64,000 nt of DNA, taken from positions 1,302,001 to 1,366,000 of the forward strand of contig CP060755.1 of assembly GCA_023205875.1 (NCBI GenBank), given 5' to 3'. How positions within the stretch are numbered: position 1 is the stretch's first letter; every line of letters starts with the position of its first letter. The DNA is from Chloropicon primus. Its lineage: Eukaryota. Positions 42,101 to 54,158 of this stretch are shown one piece after another. The notes under the pieces were generated by a model. The model saw only the letters and a program-made list of their open reading frames with translations. It was not told where the DNA came from and did no database searches. The translations under genes and the position numbers were made by a program.

Positions 42101-45100
42101 ATGCCTGCAGAGCAGGCCCCATCTACGCGCCAGTCTACTGGTTCCTGTTTCCTATACTCAAGTGCGTGTTCTCCTACGACAAGATTACACCAATGCACGA
42201 AGAGGTAGTCCGCACTCTGCTTCTGCACACAATCGCCGACGGAGATTGGCCGTTTGGAATGACTGCGGAAGCCTTCTTCACCTTGTGGAGTCTTGTTCCT
42301 AGCCATAGGGCTGACTTGGAGGCTGGTCTGAACAACATCTGCATGCGATTCACAAAGGGAGCGGATCTGTTGCTCATAGCCAATGGATTGTTCAAGGACG
42401 ACGTGAACATCAGGCTCGTCACCTGCACCTGTCTTCAAAAGTCTCCTCTGTGGCCCTCCAAAAAGATTCCAGCCTCAGAAAGGATCTCCATTCCATTTTG
42501 GATAGCGTTGCATGACCCGGACGAGCGCGTCGCTGCCTCTGCGGAAACCCTTTGGAAGTTGTACAGCCACGGCCTTCCCGTTAATTTCATTGGTGGCATG
42601 ATTCCATACCTGAACCATCCAAACCTGAACACGGTCGAAGCGGCAGCCGCTGCTCTTGGAGAAGCGGTGGAGGAGTATCCAGATACTGCGGAGGCTGTCG
42701 TCGGCACCCTCGTGAATTCCTTTGAAGGAATGGGAATCCAGGGCCGGATAGGTATCGGCATGGCGTTGAAGGAATGCTCTTCCGTAGTTGCGTATGACAC
42801 CATCAGGGAAACTATTGATTTCCTTCTCCTCACGGGCTTGACGGATGTGGACGAGAAGGTGAGGGAATCGGTTCTCAATGCCGGGATTGCTGTTGTGAAC
42901 AACTTCGGCGACGATCACAGCGTGGAGTTGCTTGATATCTTCGAGTCCAGAATGAATTCCTCTGCAGCAAAATTGGGCTTGCACTCTGAAGAAGCCTATG
43001 ATATGATTAAGCAGGGGCTGGTCATATTGCTGGGTGCGTTAGCATGCCATTTTGACTCGAGCAACGAGAATGTGAAGCTCATTCTCGAGCAGCTGATCGG
43101 GGCTTTGGATACCCCTTCCGAGATTGTGCAAAGATCTGTCTCGGAGCGCTTGCCACCTCTGATCAAAATCCTGTCCAAGGACAAGGAAGAAATGAAAAGG
43201 ATGGTTTCGAGGCAGCTCGAGTACTTGGAGGAAGCTCAAAACTATGGAAAGAGGAAGGGCGCGGCGTACGGCCTCGCTGGGATCGTGAAAGGGCTTGGTA
43301 TGGCAGCTCTGAAGAATTACGATGTCATCAATGTCCTCAAGTCCTACGTGGAGGACAAGAAGAACCAGGAGGCAAGGGAGGGTGCACTCATGGGATTCGC
43401 GTGCCTCAGTGAACGCCTTGGTAGACTCTTTGAGCCGTACATCATACACATTCTACCACTGTTGCTTCTTGCGATGGGAGATGGTGTCATTCCCGTCAGA
43501 CAAGCTGCAGAGGAGGCCTCCCACGTCATTATGGGCAAGCTTTCCACTCAAGGAATGAGGCTTGTCCTGCCAGTCTTGCTGAAAGGTTTAGATGAGATCC
43601 AGTGGAGAACGAAGCAAGGGAGCGTTCAGTTGCTGGGGGCCATGGCCTACTGTGCCCCCAAGCACCTTGGAACGTGCTTGCCCACGATCGTTCCAAAGAT
43701 TGGAGAAGTTTTGAAAGATCCGCATCCAAGGGTACAAGAGGCAGCAAAGAATGCTCTTAGCGAAATTGGCAGCGTTATCCGTAACCCCGAAATTTCGCAG
43801 ATATCTGGGCAGCTCTTGTCCGCTCTGGCGGACCCTGCGAACACAAAGAAGGCCCTGGAGTCCCTCTTGACCACGAGATTTATCAACACGATCGACGCAG
43901 CCTCGCTGTCTCTGATTATGCCTATTCTGATGCACGGGCTCCAAGAAAGGAGCAAGACGAACAAGAAGAAGGCTGCTCAGATTGTTGGCAGTCTGTGCCA
44001 GCTGGTTACGGACTCCAAGGACATGTCCTCTTACATGGATGATATAATCCTCAGCCTGAAGAAGGTTCTGGTCGACCCTATTCCTGAAGTGAGGTACGCA
44101 TCCGCCAAAGCCATCGGCTCGCTCGTCAGAGGTATTGGTCCAACCGCGGTACAGGAATTGCTGCCCTGGTTCTTGGAGACCCTGAAGTCGGATTCCACGT
44201 CGGTGGAGAAGAATGGTGCGGCACAGGCCTTGTCAGAAGTCCTCGCTGTGCTGGGTACGAACCACCTTGACGAGCTGATGCCTGAGATTATTTCGGGGTG
44301 CGCGCAAAATGTGAACATGCAGGAAGGGTATCTGACGATGTTCAAATACTTGCCCTTTGCGATGGAATCTGCGTTCCAGGGTTACCTTCATGACATCTTG
44401 CCCATAGTGATTCCAGCCCTTTCCAATGACGTTGAAGGCGTCAGAGATGCGGCCTTTAACTCGGCCAAGGCCATTATCGAGATCTACGCCACGACTTCGA
44501 CGGCCTTGCTTTTGCCTGTGATAGAAAAGGGCATCTTGGATCCAACGTGGAGGATCAGAGAAAGCAGCGTGGATCTCCTTGGAAGGCTCATCTTCAAGCT
44601 GTCCGGAAAGTCTTTGCAAAAGACTTCTGATGATGAGGAGATCCTGTCTTTCACGGAGAAGCAGACACAGCACATGATGGATACTATTGGTGAAGAGCAG
44701 TGGCAGAAAATTCTTTCTTTGCTGTACCTCCTTCGGTCTGACGGTGCGTACACGGTGAGAAACAACGCATTGAACATCTGGAAGATCGTTGTTTCGAACA
44801 CCCCAAGAACGTTGATTCGGATAGTCAGCCCCCTCATGAGGTTGGTGATTGACGCCTTGAGCGAACACGGCAGTGATCAGCAGCAAACCGCCGCGTCCTG
44901 TCTCGGAGAACTGGTAAGAAAGTTTGGGGAGAGGATCACTAAACTCATCTTCCCTATTATGGAGGAAGGTTTGCAAGACGGATCCACTAGCGCGAGGAGG
45001 GGAGTGTGCTATGGACTCAGTGCCGTGTTGAAAAATGTCTCAAAGCAGCAAATTGTTGCTGTCCTGCCTACTTTGCTCCCAGCGGTCCAGTCCGCGCTGT

Positions 45101-47058
45101 GTGATGACGACGAGAGTGTCAGAATTGCTTCGGGAGAGCTCATGGCGACCCTCTTTAAGGGTGCTGGGGATATCATCCAGGAGAACGTGCTCCCCCAAAT
45201 CTTGCTGGACATCAACGACAACAGAGGAAATGCCGAGCGCTCCTTGGAGGGGCTTGTCGTGATGATGGGCGTCCGCCCAACCATCCTCGATGCTGTCTTG
45301 CCCGAGGTCATCACACTTCCTCTGACTCCAATCAAGGCCAAGTCCCTGGGCGAAATCGCAAAGGCGATTCCTCCGGCAAGTGTCCACAAGCAACTGAAGA
45401 GCTTCTTGAAGCCGCTCCTGTCGACTTTGACAACCGCGGAGGTCGACGAGACCCACGAAGCTGCGGAGAGTGCTGTGGAGTCTATAATCTCCTGCATCGA
45501 GGACGACGCGCTGTACGACTTCACGTCTGTGCTCGTTCGTGAATTCGACGACCCAAAATCTTGCCTTGGATCTGCAAAGGTGGTCCAGTCCTTCTGCAGG
45601 ACCACGAAGTTGGACTACCAAGAGATGGTGGACCAGCTTCTTGCGTCCATCATATCTGTGTTCGCAGACGCGGAGGGAGAGTGCCTCCAAGAGTGTTGGA
45701 ATGCTCTCAACACGGTCGTGAAGTCCATTCCAAAGGAAAGCCAGGCGTCGCATGTGCCGAGTCTGAAGGACGCGATCAAGGCGGCCAGGGAGCACGAAAA
45801 GAGGAAGAGGCACGGTGGCGAATTGCTGGTCGCCGGCTTCTGCAAACCTCCAAAGGCTCTGTCCGCGGCGCTTCCGATCTACCTTTCGGGTCTTCTCACG
45901 GCCAAGAGCTCTGAGATCAGGGAGAAGGCCGCAGAGGGCCTCGGGGAGCTGATCGAGGTGACTTCCCTTCCCTCCCTGAAACCCGCCCTGGCCCAGATCA
46001 CGGGACCTTTGATCAGAATCCTGGGCGACAGGTACCCTTGGCAGGTGAAGCTCGCGATTCTTTCGAGCATCCAGTCGCTGCTGAAGAAGGCCGGGCTTTT
46101 CCTCAAGCCGTTCGTCCCTCAGCTTCAGACGACGTTCTTGAAGTCCCTGAACGACGCCGCGTCCGAGGTCAGAGAAAAGGCGGCGGAGAACTTGGGATTC
46201 TTGGCCCAGCTGACCCTTCGCATAGACCAGCTGGTGAAGGACCTTCTGAACACGATCCGCACCTGCTCCCCAAGCGTGAAAGAGGCTTGCATCACCGCCC
46301 TCGGCGGAGTGGTGTACAACGGCCCGAAGGCCAAGCTCTCTGCCGCGGTGATCACCCAGTCGGGCGAGGACTTGCGAGGCCTCGTCACTGACGACGAGGA
46401 AAGCAGCGACGTTCAGAGGAGGGCGGCGTTTGCCTTGGGCCAGTTCGGCGCCCGGTGCTCTGGGGAGGAGCTGAAGAGCCTCCTGAGCAGCGTTGGCGGC
46501 GAGCCCTCGGAGCGCAACATGATTACCTTCAACTCCCTCCTCGAGCACGCCTTGGACAAGCTCCAGGGGGCGGGCGTGTTCCCAAATTGCCTCCAGCTCA
46601 TCCAGCAATGGTCCAAGAGCAAAGACCAAGACGTGAAGGCGAAGGCGGGGGAAGCGTGCGGGATTATTCTGCTCAAGGAATCTGCTGGCGAGGCCCTTCC
46701 CTCCCTCCGCTCGCTCTCCCCTTGCATTCCCAAGCTCCTCGACCCGGAGAACAACAGCGAGGTCCTGATAAAAACGATGGACGGGCTCACCAAGGTGGCC
46801 GACAAGGACTTTGGGTTGCTGGACCCCGCCTTTGCCAGCGACCTCCTCCAGTTGCTGTCCAACCTCCTGGAGGTGCAGTCGTCCGGCCCCGCGAAGATGG
46901 CGACGGAGGACCTTGTCGGGAGCTGCTTGGGCATAGCAGCGGGCGCCGAGAAGGCCTTTGACAACCTCAACGGCTTGGCCCAGGTGGCACCGGCGGTGAA
47001 GCACCAAGTGAACCTCGCCTTGCTCAAGAAGGTCGCGACGCGGAGGAACAACAAGTAG
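39181..47058 (+). CDS. GCN1: Translational activator GCN1 (ILITYHIA), HEAT-repeat protein, 2 exons
   Basis: Exon 1 39181-39271, intron 39272-39394 joining in frame to the 2547-aa ORF; KGAAYGLAGIVKGLG, WRTKQGSVQLLGAMAYCAP and ITGPLIRILGDRYPWQVK motifs. Confidence 0.95.
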
Positions 47059-47217
47059 AGAGAGAGAGAGAGAAAGAGAGGGAGGGAGAGGGAGGGAGAG
47101 GGAGAGGAAGGCGGCAGGGAGAGTGAACCGAGCGACCTGACCCTCGCTATGTAGTATAAAGAAACTATAGAAAAATCCGATATATGATGACAATACACAC
47201 ATTCTTTCAAAAACCCT

Positions 47218-47892
47218 TCACGCCGAGGGGGCCTGGGAAAGAAGCTGGGCCTCGATGCGGGCGAGCTGTCCCCTCGCCGACATGTCCAGCAGCTTGGACC
47301 CTCCCTTTCCGTACTGAATGACGAGTCCGGAGATCAAGGAGGAGTCCACCTTTGGCTTAAGCTTGATGTTCTTCGCCCCCGTGAGCTTCTGAAGCTTCTT
47401 GGCGATCTCAAACTGCTGGTCGTTGTCTAGGGCTGCCGCGGAGGTGACGGTCGCCACCTCGGTGTCCGTGACCTCGCAGTAGATGCTCTCGAAAGACTCG
47501 CAGATGTCCGTAATCCCGCCGATCCTCTGCTTGTCCACCAGGAGGCACAGGAAGTTCTCGGAGAGGGCGTTAAAGCTCGCCTCCTTGGCGATGGAGTTGA
47601 TAAGGCTCTTCTTCTTGTCACCGTCCGCGACGGGGTTCGTCAAGAAACTCGAAAGCTTCGCGTCGGTCTTCATCAGGTTCGCCACGCTGTCCATGTCGCT
47701 CCTCACGTCGTCAAGCACGTTCTTGTCCTTGGCCAGGTTCACGAAAGCGGTCGCGTACTGCGTCGCGACGGCATCCGCCTTCATCACCGTCCTCCTCCTC
47801 GACCCCGAGGCTCCGCTCACCCTCCTCGTGCTCGCCGTCAGGGACAGCCCCTTGCCCCTCATGCATGTCTGCGTGCGCCCCACCACTCTCAT
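47218..47892 (-). CDS. ATPD: Chloroplast ATP synthase delta subunit
   Basis: Transit peptide ending RRRTVMKA; YATAF, FLCLLVDKQRI, ATVTSAAAL and NIKLKPKVDSSLISGLVIQYGKGGSKLLDMS motifs; ATG at 47892. Confidence 0.92.
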   Translation of the reverse strand: MRVVGRTQTCMRGKGLSLTASTRRVSGASGSRRRTVMKADAVATQYATAFVNLAKDKNVLDDVRSDMDSVANLMKTDAKLSSFLTNPVADGDKKKSLINSIAKEASFNALSENFLCLLVDKQRIGGITDICESFESIYCEVTDTEVATVTSAAALDNDQQFEIAKKLQKLTGAKNIKLKPKVDSSLISGLVIQYGKGGSKLLDMSARGQLARIEAQLLSQAPSA

Positions 47893-48686
47893 CGCGACCT
47901 CTCTCTCTCTCCGCGTTGCGCGCGCGTACACACAAAACTCCTCGCTCCTCCGTCGTCGTCGTGCCACTGGGCTTGGCCTCTCTCTACCACTCACTCGCGG
48001 CCTCACTGGTTCGGGAGACGGCTTGGGCCCTCCTCTGTAGGTTTTCCATCTTGGGGGAGATCAGATCTCTCTCAAGAGATAAGGTAATATGATAAGGATG
48101 TTTTTTCGGTGCAAAGAAAATCAGGAGGAGGTGTAGGGGAGGTTCTCGTTCTTCGTCGATGTCCCGGGTGCCCCCTCCTGTCCAACCCCGGGGGACGAGG
48201 GGATGTCTCACTCGCTCGATCAGTCAGTCCCTGCCTCTGCGACGTCCTCGCCCGTTATGATGCGCGTTTGGACCGCCCAACGCTACTGCCTCCTCCTGCC
48301 AATGCATGGCGTGGGTTGGGTGACTTTCGGTATATTCAGTCCACCAAGAAGACGCGGCTACAAAGGCAGAGATCATCCTCCCCCTCTTCCCTCTTCTCAT
48401 TCTTCTTCTATTTGCCAACCCGATTCGCATCTCAACAAGACGGACGACGAGCGATGGATGGTCTGCAATATTCAAGGACCGCCAAAGGCGTCGTCTTGGG
48501 GGGGGTGGGCAAAGATCGACCATGAAGAAGAGGGAGGAGGTCTAAGGGGGCCGGGGGTAAAGAGGCGAGAGGCCGGTCGACTAATTCCGGCGACCAATTT
48601 GTCGAGGACTTGGTTCGAGCGGAGCGACTTGTTGTATCATAGATACAATAGAGTCCAGGGGAGGACAGCACACCACGCAACGAAAG

Positions 48687-49649
48687 ATGGATCTGGAAGA
48701 GGAGGCCACGGTGTTGAAGCAGCCGACGGCAGAGCGCGGGGTGCTGAAGCGCTCGATGAGCACGACCGCCCTCCAAGCGGCGCAGAGCCTGCGGACGGAA
48801 TTCATACACAACATACGGTCGCAAATCAAACTCGCACAGACAGGTCCGTCCTTTCTTGGAACTCTTCCTCCTCCTCGCCTTTGGCCTCTCCCTGCTTCCG
48901 TCCGGCAAGACTGACGCTTTCTTCTCCCTCTCTCACCTTTATTTTTTCCCCTGCAGGGCAAGCGCACGACAACTCGTTCGACATTGAGCGCTCGCTGATC
49001 GTCGGGCTGTCCTGTCTCCCTTTCCTGGTGAGTCCCACGCCTCTCCGTGTGTGCGAGTGCGCGTCGTCGGTTGTCTCAAAGTGATTATTCCTGCTGCTGC
49101 TGCTGACACACCACTTGCGCACGCTCGACCTCCCTTCTCCCCCCCAAAAAAAAACAAAAAGGTGATTTCCTACCAGTTCTTCCGGGTCCACTGTTACTTT
49201 CATGGCGTGCAGTACTTTCTCCAGGCCTTTCTCAGCTTCCAGGCGGACTGCTGGAACTCAAAGTCAAAGTGGTACAACACAGCGGACCGAATCTCGGCGA
49301 CGGGGGTGATACTACTTGGACCGGTAAGCTTTCCTCGACCCCCGTGTTCCGTGCCGCGGTGCTGACGCGCTTGCCCTCCTGACGCGCTTTCTTCCAGGGG
49401 CGAGTCATTCTTTTTCCGATCGCCGGGACCGCGTTCAGGCTGCAAGCCGCGCTCCTCGTTGCGATCAGCCTGTGCGTCCTCTCGTGGAGCAGGAAGTCCA
49501 AGTGCATGAAGGAGTACGCGATCCGGCACACGTTATGGCACGTGGTGGGCTTCCTCGCGGTCTACCTGTACGCGGACAGGGTGATGTACAATAGAACTTA
49601 CGACCCGTACTGGCCCTACGAGAGCCAGTTCTGGAAGTTCGGAGCTTGA
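48687..49649 (+). CDS. Small multi-pass membrane protein with CREST-superfamily-like motifs, 4 exons
   Basis: Exons 48687-48843, 48957-49027, 49162 (or 49177)-49323 and 49398-49649 splice in frame at GT-AG sites; hydrophobic helices carrying SFQAD, ADRISA and HTLWH. Confidence 0.7.
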
Positions 49650-49774
49650 AGCTGGGGGTGGGGGGTTGTCAATGTGAAACACATAATTTTGCTGTGAGAT
49701 GTACAAGAAACGTCGGAGAAGAACAAGTTCTTCGTGAAACGTAATAGTTTTTGTTTGTTTGTTTGTTTGCCTCA

Positions 49775-50743
49775 TTAGTCTCCGCTGGCGACGGCCCCCT
49801 CCTGCAGGTCCTTGATCCTCGACCTCGTCTTTGGCTTCCTCTTGTCCGGCGCGGGCCAGAACTCGTCGGGGGACCGCAAGCTGATGCTCACGATCGTGGC
49901 CAAGCTCCTGTGCTCCCTGCCGTACTCCACCTTCTCGTTCCTCCAGTAGTGCAGGGGCTTCACCTTCCTCCTCGTGCTCCTCCTCAGCCCGGTCTCCTCG
50001 TGCGTCTTGAGCCCGTGCGGGGCGAGGCTCTTCCTGTTCTTCAAGTGCTTCTTCAGCCTCTGGTGGGGAGACCGCAGGGGCTTCTTCGCGGCCGACGCGA
50101 GGGGCTCTTGCGACGGGCCCTGCGCGGCCTCCGCGAATTGGCCCTCCACCACGTCCTCCTCGAACCCCTCCCCGGTCATCGGCACGGGGCTCCCGAAGGC
50201 GTCGCCCGCAAAGCCGGCGTCGGGGCTTGAGCAGTAGTCCTCCCCCCCAAAGTCGTCGCCGTTTTCGTCGACGTCCATCGGGGCCGCGTAGGGTACGATC
50301 TCCATGGAGACGCCCGGCGCAAGCACCGCCCCGGCTCCCACCGGGCTCACGACCTTGGGGCTCAGCTCCTGGGCCTCGAGGGGGAAGAGCCTGAGGGTGG
50401 TGGACCGGCCGGTCCCGGACTTCCTGTTCAGGACGCGCGTACGCCTCTTGGTCTGAAAGACGTGGGACGGCCTCTGCGTCGCGGCTCGCTCCGACACGCC
50501 GACCTCCTCCACGCAGCTCGTGCTCGCCCCGGCGTGCTCCGCCTCGGTCGTCTCGGTCGCCTCCACTCGAAGGAGCGACCCCTCGAGGGCGAACGCCCTC
50601 CTGTTCGTGACGCGGCCGCTCCCCGGCCTCCTGCTCAGCCTCGTCCGCCGAACCAGCGCGTGGCTGGCCTGCTGGCTCGCTCCGACTCCGCCGTACCCCA
50701 GGCACAGCGTCGAGGAGGCACCACCCACGTTGCTCCTCATCAT
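49775..50743 (-). CDS. CENPC: Centromere protein C homologue
   Basis: C-terminal CENP-C motif GLRRSTRRKVKPLHYWRNEKVEYGREHRSLATIVSISLRSP and a preceding RKSL motif. ATG at 50743; the start is uncertain. Confidence 0.8.
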   Translation of the reverse strand: MMRSNVGGASSTLCLGYGGVGASQQASHALVRRTRLSRRPGSGRVTNRRAFALEGSLLRVEATETTEAEHAGASTSCVEEVGVSERAATQRPSHVFQTKRRTRVLNRKSGTGRSTTLRLFPLEAQELSPKVVSPVGAGAVLAPGVSMEIVPYAAPMDVDENGDDFGGEDYCSSPDAGFAGDAFGSPVPMTGEGFEEDVVEGQFAEAAQGPSQEPLASAAKKPLRSPHQRLKKHLKNRKSLAPHGLKTHEETGLRRSTRRKVKPLHYWRNEKVEYGREHRSLATIVSISLRSPDEFWPAPDKRKPKTRSRIKDLQEGAVASGD

Positions 50744-51462
50744 GGTGTTCGCGTTCACGTTGTCGTTGTCGTCGTTGTCGTTGTTGTTGTTGACGGTGCC
50801 CTCGCCCTCGTCGCGCGGCGTGGTGCGGTGTTTCTGCTTCCCTCTCGACCGCACAAACACAAACCAAGCCTCCCGCTTGGTTTCCTTCTCGCGCTTGCGT
50901 GAGTCCCGCTCCACAGACGACCAGACCCCTCCGCTTCCTCCTCTCCTGGCTGTCAACGGTCAATTTGGACAATTCACGACGTCCTCTTCTAATGTAAAGT
51001 CTTTTCCAATGTGGATTTCCCGCTTTTTGCTTCGAGCTCAAAAAGCACTCGAAAACAAAACTCAAAAAGGCGATAATGTTGTACAGGAGGCGATAAAGTT
51101 GTACACGTGCGCCGCGAGAGCGGAGGAGGGAAGAGAACAAGGGAGTGTGCGTGAGGTTTGAGCGGTGGGGGGAGGAGGAGGGGACGAAGGTCGCACGGTG
51201 CGTGACGCGAGCTTTCGATTGAGGCCTCGGTCGAGGATTTTGGCCGAGATTCGGCCCCGGGGGAGGCGTTCGAACCCTTCGAAGAGAAGGGACGAGGAGG
51301 AGCGGGCCTGGCCTGCATAGTTTTTGTGGGGTAGTGGTCCTCTCCCCCCTTGGAATGGGAGCGGCGTGAAGCCGGTGGTCGACTGTGTAGCGTCCCGAGA
51401 GCGAGCGAGCTTGTGGGCCTAGTGCCGCGGAGTCCAGGAGCGCGGGGGGCGGGTGTGTTCAG

Positions 51463-53961
51463 ATGGAGCGCCTGAGCGGGGCGCGACGGGCGTGCGAGGG
51501 GAGGCGCTCGGGGTCGAGGGAGAGCGGTGCGGCGGGGGCGAGGGAGAAGAAGAGGGTTTGCTCGAGGAGGAGCGCTCCGGGGTCGAGGAGGAGGAGTCCG
51601 GGGGCGTCGAAGGCGTCGAGTCCCTACGCGGACGACCAGCAGCCGGCGAGCTCGACGCGGGCCGTCTTCTCGGCGATCGCCTCCGCGGGCGAGGGCCTGG
51701 GCGCGGTGGAGGCGAGGGACCGGGTCAGCGGGACCGGGAACCGGGAGTCGCTGCGGGTTCGCTACGTGCCCGACGAGGAGAACTCTTGGATCGAGGTGAG
51801 CAGCGAGGCGACCCGGCTGAGGGTCAAGAACGACGGGCGCTTCGAGCTGTGGGGGAAGTGCGAGAGGAACAGGGAGGTCCTGTGCTGCAGCGGCGTCGTC
51901 ACCCTCCCCGGGGAAGTCGCGGGGAGGGTGGAGCTCACCTACTCTTTCGCGGACCTCAAGGCCGCCGGCGGTTCCCCACACACCGTGGTCGTCAGGTGGG
52001 CCGACTACGTGACCCTGGTCATCCACCCCCCCGGGACCGGCCACGGCCCGCACGGGGACTGGAGCAAGGGCCTGACCCGGGGCTTCATCCTGGAGAAGTA
52101 CATCAGCACGGACCACGCGGAGATGACGGAGATCAAGATCGACGTGGACTCTGCGGGCCACTGGTTCGGAGGTGCCCACTTCATGAACCAGCTGTGGCCC
52201 CTGAACAAGGTCAGCTGGGAGACGGGGCCCTTTTACCCCTTCGACCACGGCCCCACGGGGCTCAACACCTTGGTGGCCCCGCAGTTCGTGACGAGCAGCG
52301 GGTTGCTCGTGATGGTCGACCCGGACACCCCGTTCCTTCACATCGGCATGAACGGCCCGGAGGAGTACCACAACGGGAAGAGCAGGCCGCTCAGGAAGTG
52401 GGGGACGGGCGTGCAGAACGCCACGAACCCCATCTTACCGGAGCAGGCGGGGGCGTGCAAGAAGGTCGCCAAGTGCGACGGAGTTCTTCGGATCCAGTCC
52501 AGGAAGAACTTTGTGGACGACAAGGTCAGTCACACGTGGAGCAACTGGGCTCCCGTGGCGTGGCCCCACAGCGAGGGAGGCAGCACGAGCGAGGGCGGGG
52601 AGGGCCCCAAGGAAAGGAACTACCTCAAGATCTCCTTGGCGCTGTGCGCCTTCTCCAACGTCCGCGAGTCGTCCATGGCGAGCCTGAAGACGCTGCCGAG
52701 GCCAAAGGTGACCCCGAACTTGCACGTGCTGCAGGACCCGATTTGGACGACGTGGGCGAAGTACAAGCAGTGGGTGACCGAGGGGAAGGTCCTCACGTAC
52801 GCCAAAGAGATCAAGGACAGCGGCCTCGACTACTCCGTGATGGAGATAGACGACAGGTGGCAGATCAGTTACGGGGACCTGGACTTCGACCCAGGAAAGT
52901 TTCCGGACCCCAAGGGCATGGTCGAGCAGCTGCACGAGATGGGCTTCAAGGTCACCTTGTGGGTGATGCCCTTCGTCGAAAAGAGGTCAGCGGCCTTCAA
53001 GGAGGGGAGGGAGAAGGGCTACTTCGTCAAGAGGGTGACCTCTGCGTGCCACCCCTACGAGGAGCAGCCGGGCTTCTTCAAGTGGTGGAACCTCCCCTCG
53101 GTGGTTGCCTTGGACGTCACCAACCCCGAGGCCGTTGACTGGTACGTGTCAAGGCTCCGCCGCTTGCAGGACCTTTACGGGATCGACGGCTTCAAGTTCG
53201 ATGGGGGCGAGCCCTGCTTCTTGCCCAAGAACCCCATCACGAGCAAGGCCCTGAGCTACCCCTCGGAGTACACCCACCTGTGGGTGAAGGAGGTCGCGGG
53301 GAAGTTCCAGGGAGGCGTCTGCGAGGTCCGGACGGGCCACAAGACACAGGACGTGGGCATCATGACGAGAATCGGGGACAGGTTCTCCACCTGGGACTTC
53401 AAGAACGGCCTCCAGTCCATCATTCCGACCGTGCTCACCTCCGGCCTGCTGGGGTACCCCTTTGCCCTGCCCGACATCATCGGGGGCAACGCTTACTTCG
53501 GGAGGAAGCCGGACACGGAGCTGTTCGTCAGGTGGACGCAGGTGAACGCCCTCATGCCGGCCATGCAGTTCTCCATCGCTCCCTGGCACATCGGCAAGGA
53601 GGCCCAGGACCTCGTCTCCCAGGCCATGAAGCTGCGAAAGAAGTTCGTGGGGGACATCATAGGCTTGGCCGGGGAGACCTCCGAGCTGCTCAAGCCGATC
53701 GTCCGCCCGATGTGGTGGCTCGACCCCGGGGACGAGGCGACCTACGAGATCTCAGACCAGTTCGCCCTGGGCGATGACATCGTCGTGGCCCCCGTGGTCG
53801 TCAAGGGCCAGCGGAAGCGAGACGTCTACCTCACCGCCGGGGTCTGGGAGGACCTGGACAAGCCCGGGGAGCGCATCCAGGGGGGGCAGTGGCTCCTCAA
53901 CCTCGACGCGCCACTGGCCAAGCTGCCCTGTTTCCGCAGGATTCATCAAGAGGAAGCGTAG
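51463..53961 (+). CDS. Glycoside hydrolase family 31, MYORG/NET37-like
   Basis: PIWTTWAKYK, EIDDRW, DGFKFDGGE (nucleophile Asp), RIGDRFSTW, LPDIIGGN, AMQFS, PIVRPMWW and DQFALGDD motifs. Confidence 0.88.
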   Translation: MERLSGARRACEGRRSGSRESGAAGAREKKRVCSRRSAPGSRRRSPGASKASSPYADDQQPASSTRAVFSAIASAGEGLGAVEARDRVSGTGNRESLRVRYVPDEENSWIEVSSEATRLRVKNDGRFELWGKCERNREVLCCSGVVTLPGEVAGRVELTYSFADLKAAGGSPHTVVVRWADYVTLVIHPPGTGHGPHGDWSKGLTRGFILEKYISTDHAEMTEIKIDVDSAGHWFGGAHFMNQLWPLNKVSWETGPFYPFDHGPTGLNTLVAPQFVTSSGLLVMVDPDTPFLHIGMNGPEEYHNGKSRPLRKWGTGVQNATNPILPEQAGACKKVAKCDGVLRIQSRKNFVDDKVSHTWSNWAPVAWPHSEGGSTSEGGEGPKERNYLKISLALCAFSNVRESSMASLKTLPRPKVTPNLHVLQDPIWTTWAKYKQWVTEGKVLTYAKEIKDSGLDYSVMEIDDRWQISYGDLDFDPGKFPDPKGMVEQLHEMGFKVTLWVMPFVEKRSAAFKEGREKGYFVKRVTSACHPYEEQPGFFKWWNLPSVVALDVTNPEAVDWYVSRLRRLQDLYGIDGFKFDGGEPCFLPKNPITSKALSYPSEYTHLWVKEVAGKFQGGVCEVRTGHKTQDVGIMTRIGDRFSTWDFKNGLQSIIPTVLTSGLLGYPFALPDIIGGNAYFGRKPDTELFVRWTQVNALMPAMQFSIAPWHIGKEAQDLVSQAMKLRKKFVGDIIGLAGETSELLKPIVRPMWWLDPGDEATYEISDQFALGDDIVVAPVVVKGQRKRDVYLTAGVWEDLDKPGERIQGGQWLLNLDAPLAKLPCFRRIHQEEA

Positions 53962-54158
53962 AGTTTGTATGTACGTACTTGTAACATAAGTAAAACGCGC
54001 AGCAGCACAGCGAGGCCAGCAAAATAAAATCAAGAATAACAATAATCCAACCAATAATAACTCCCCCAAAGGAGTTATACACAATTGCAGGCCAGAGCGG
54101 TGCCTGACATTTCCCTCCAGCTCCATGCTCAATTTTGAAGATCGCCGCCGATGACTCT

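Noticed and set aside
47893..48686. ORFs or ncRNA in the long spacer between ATPD and the membrane-protein gene
   Set aside because: The ORFs lack coding-like composition or motifs and only weak hairpins are visible; treated as promoter/UTR.
51453..53138. 561-aa alternative-frame ORF overlapping the GH31 gene
   Set aside because: Expected stop-poor off-frame of very GC-rich coding DNA; low-complexity R/G/P product.
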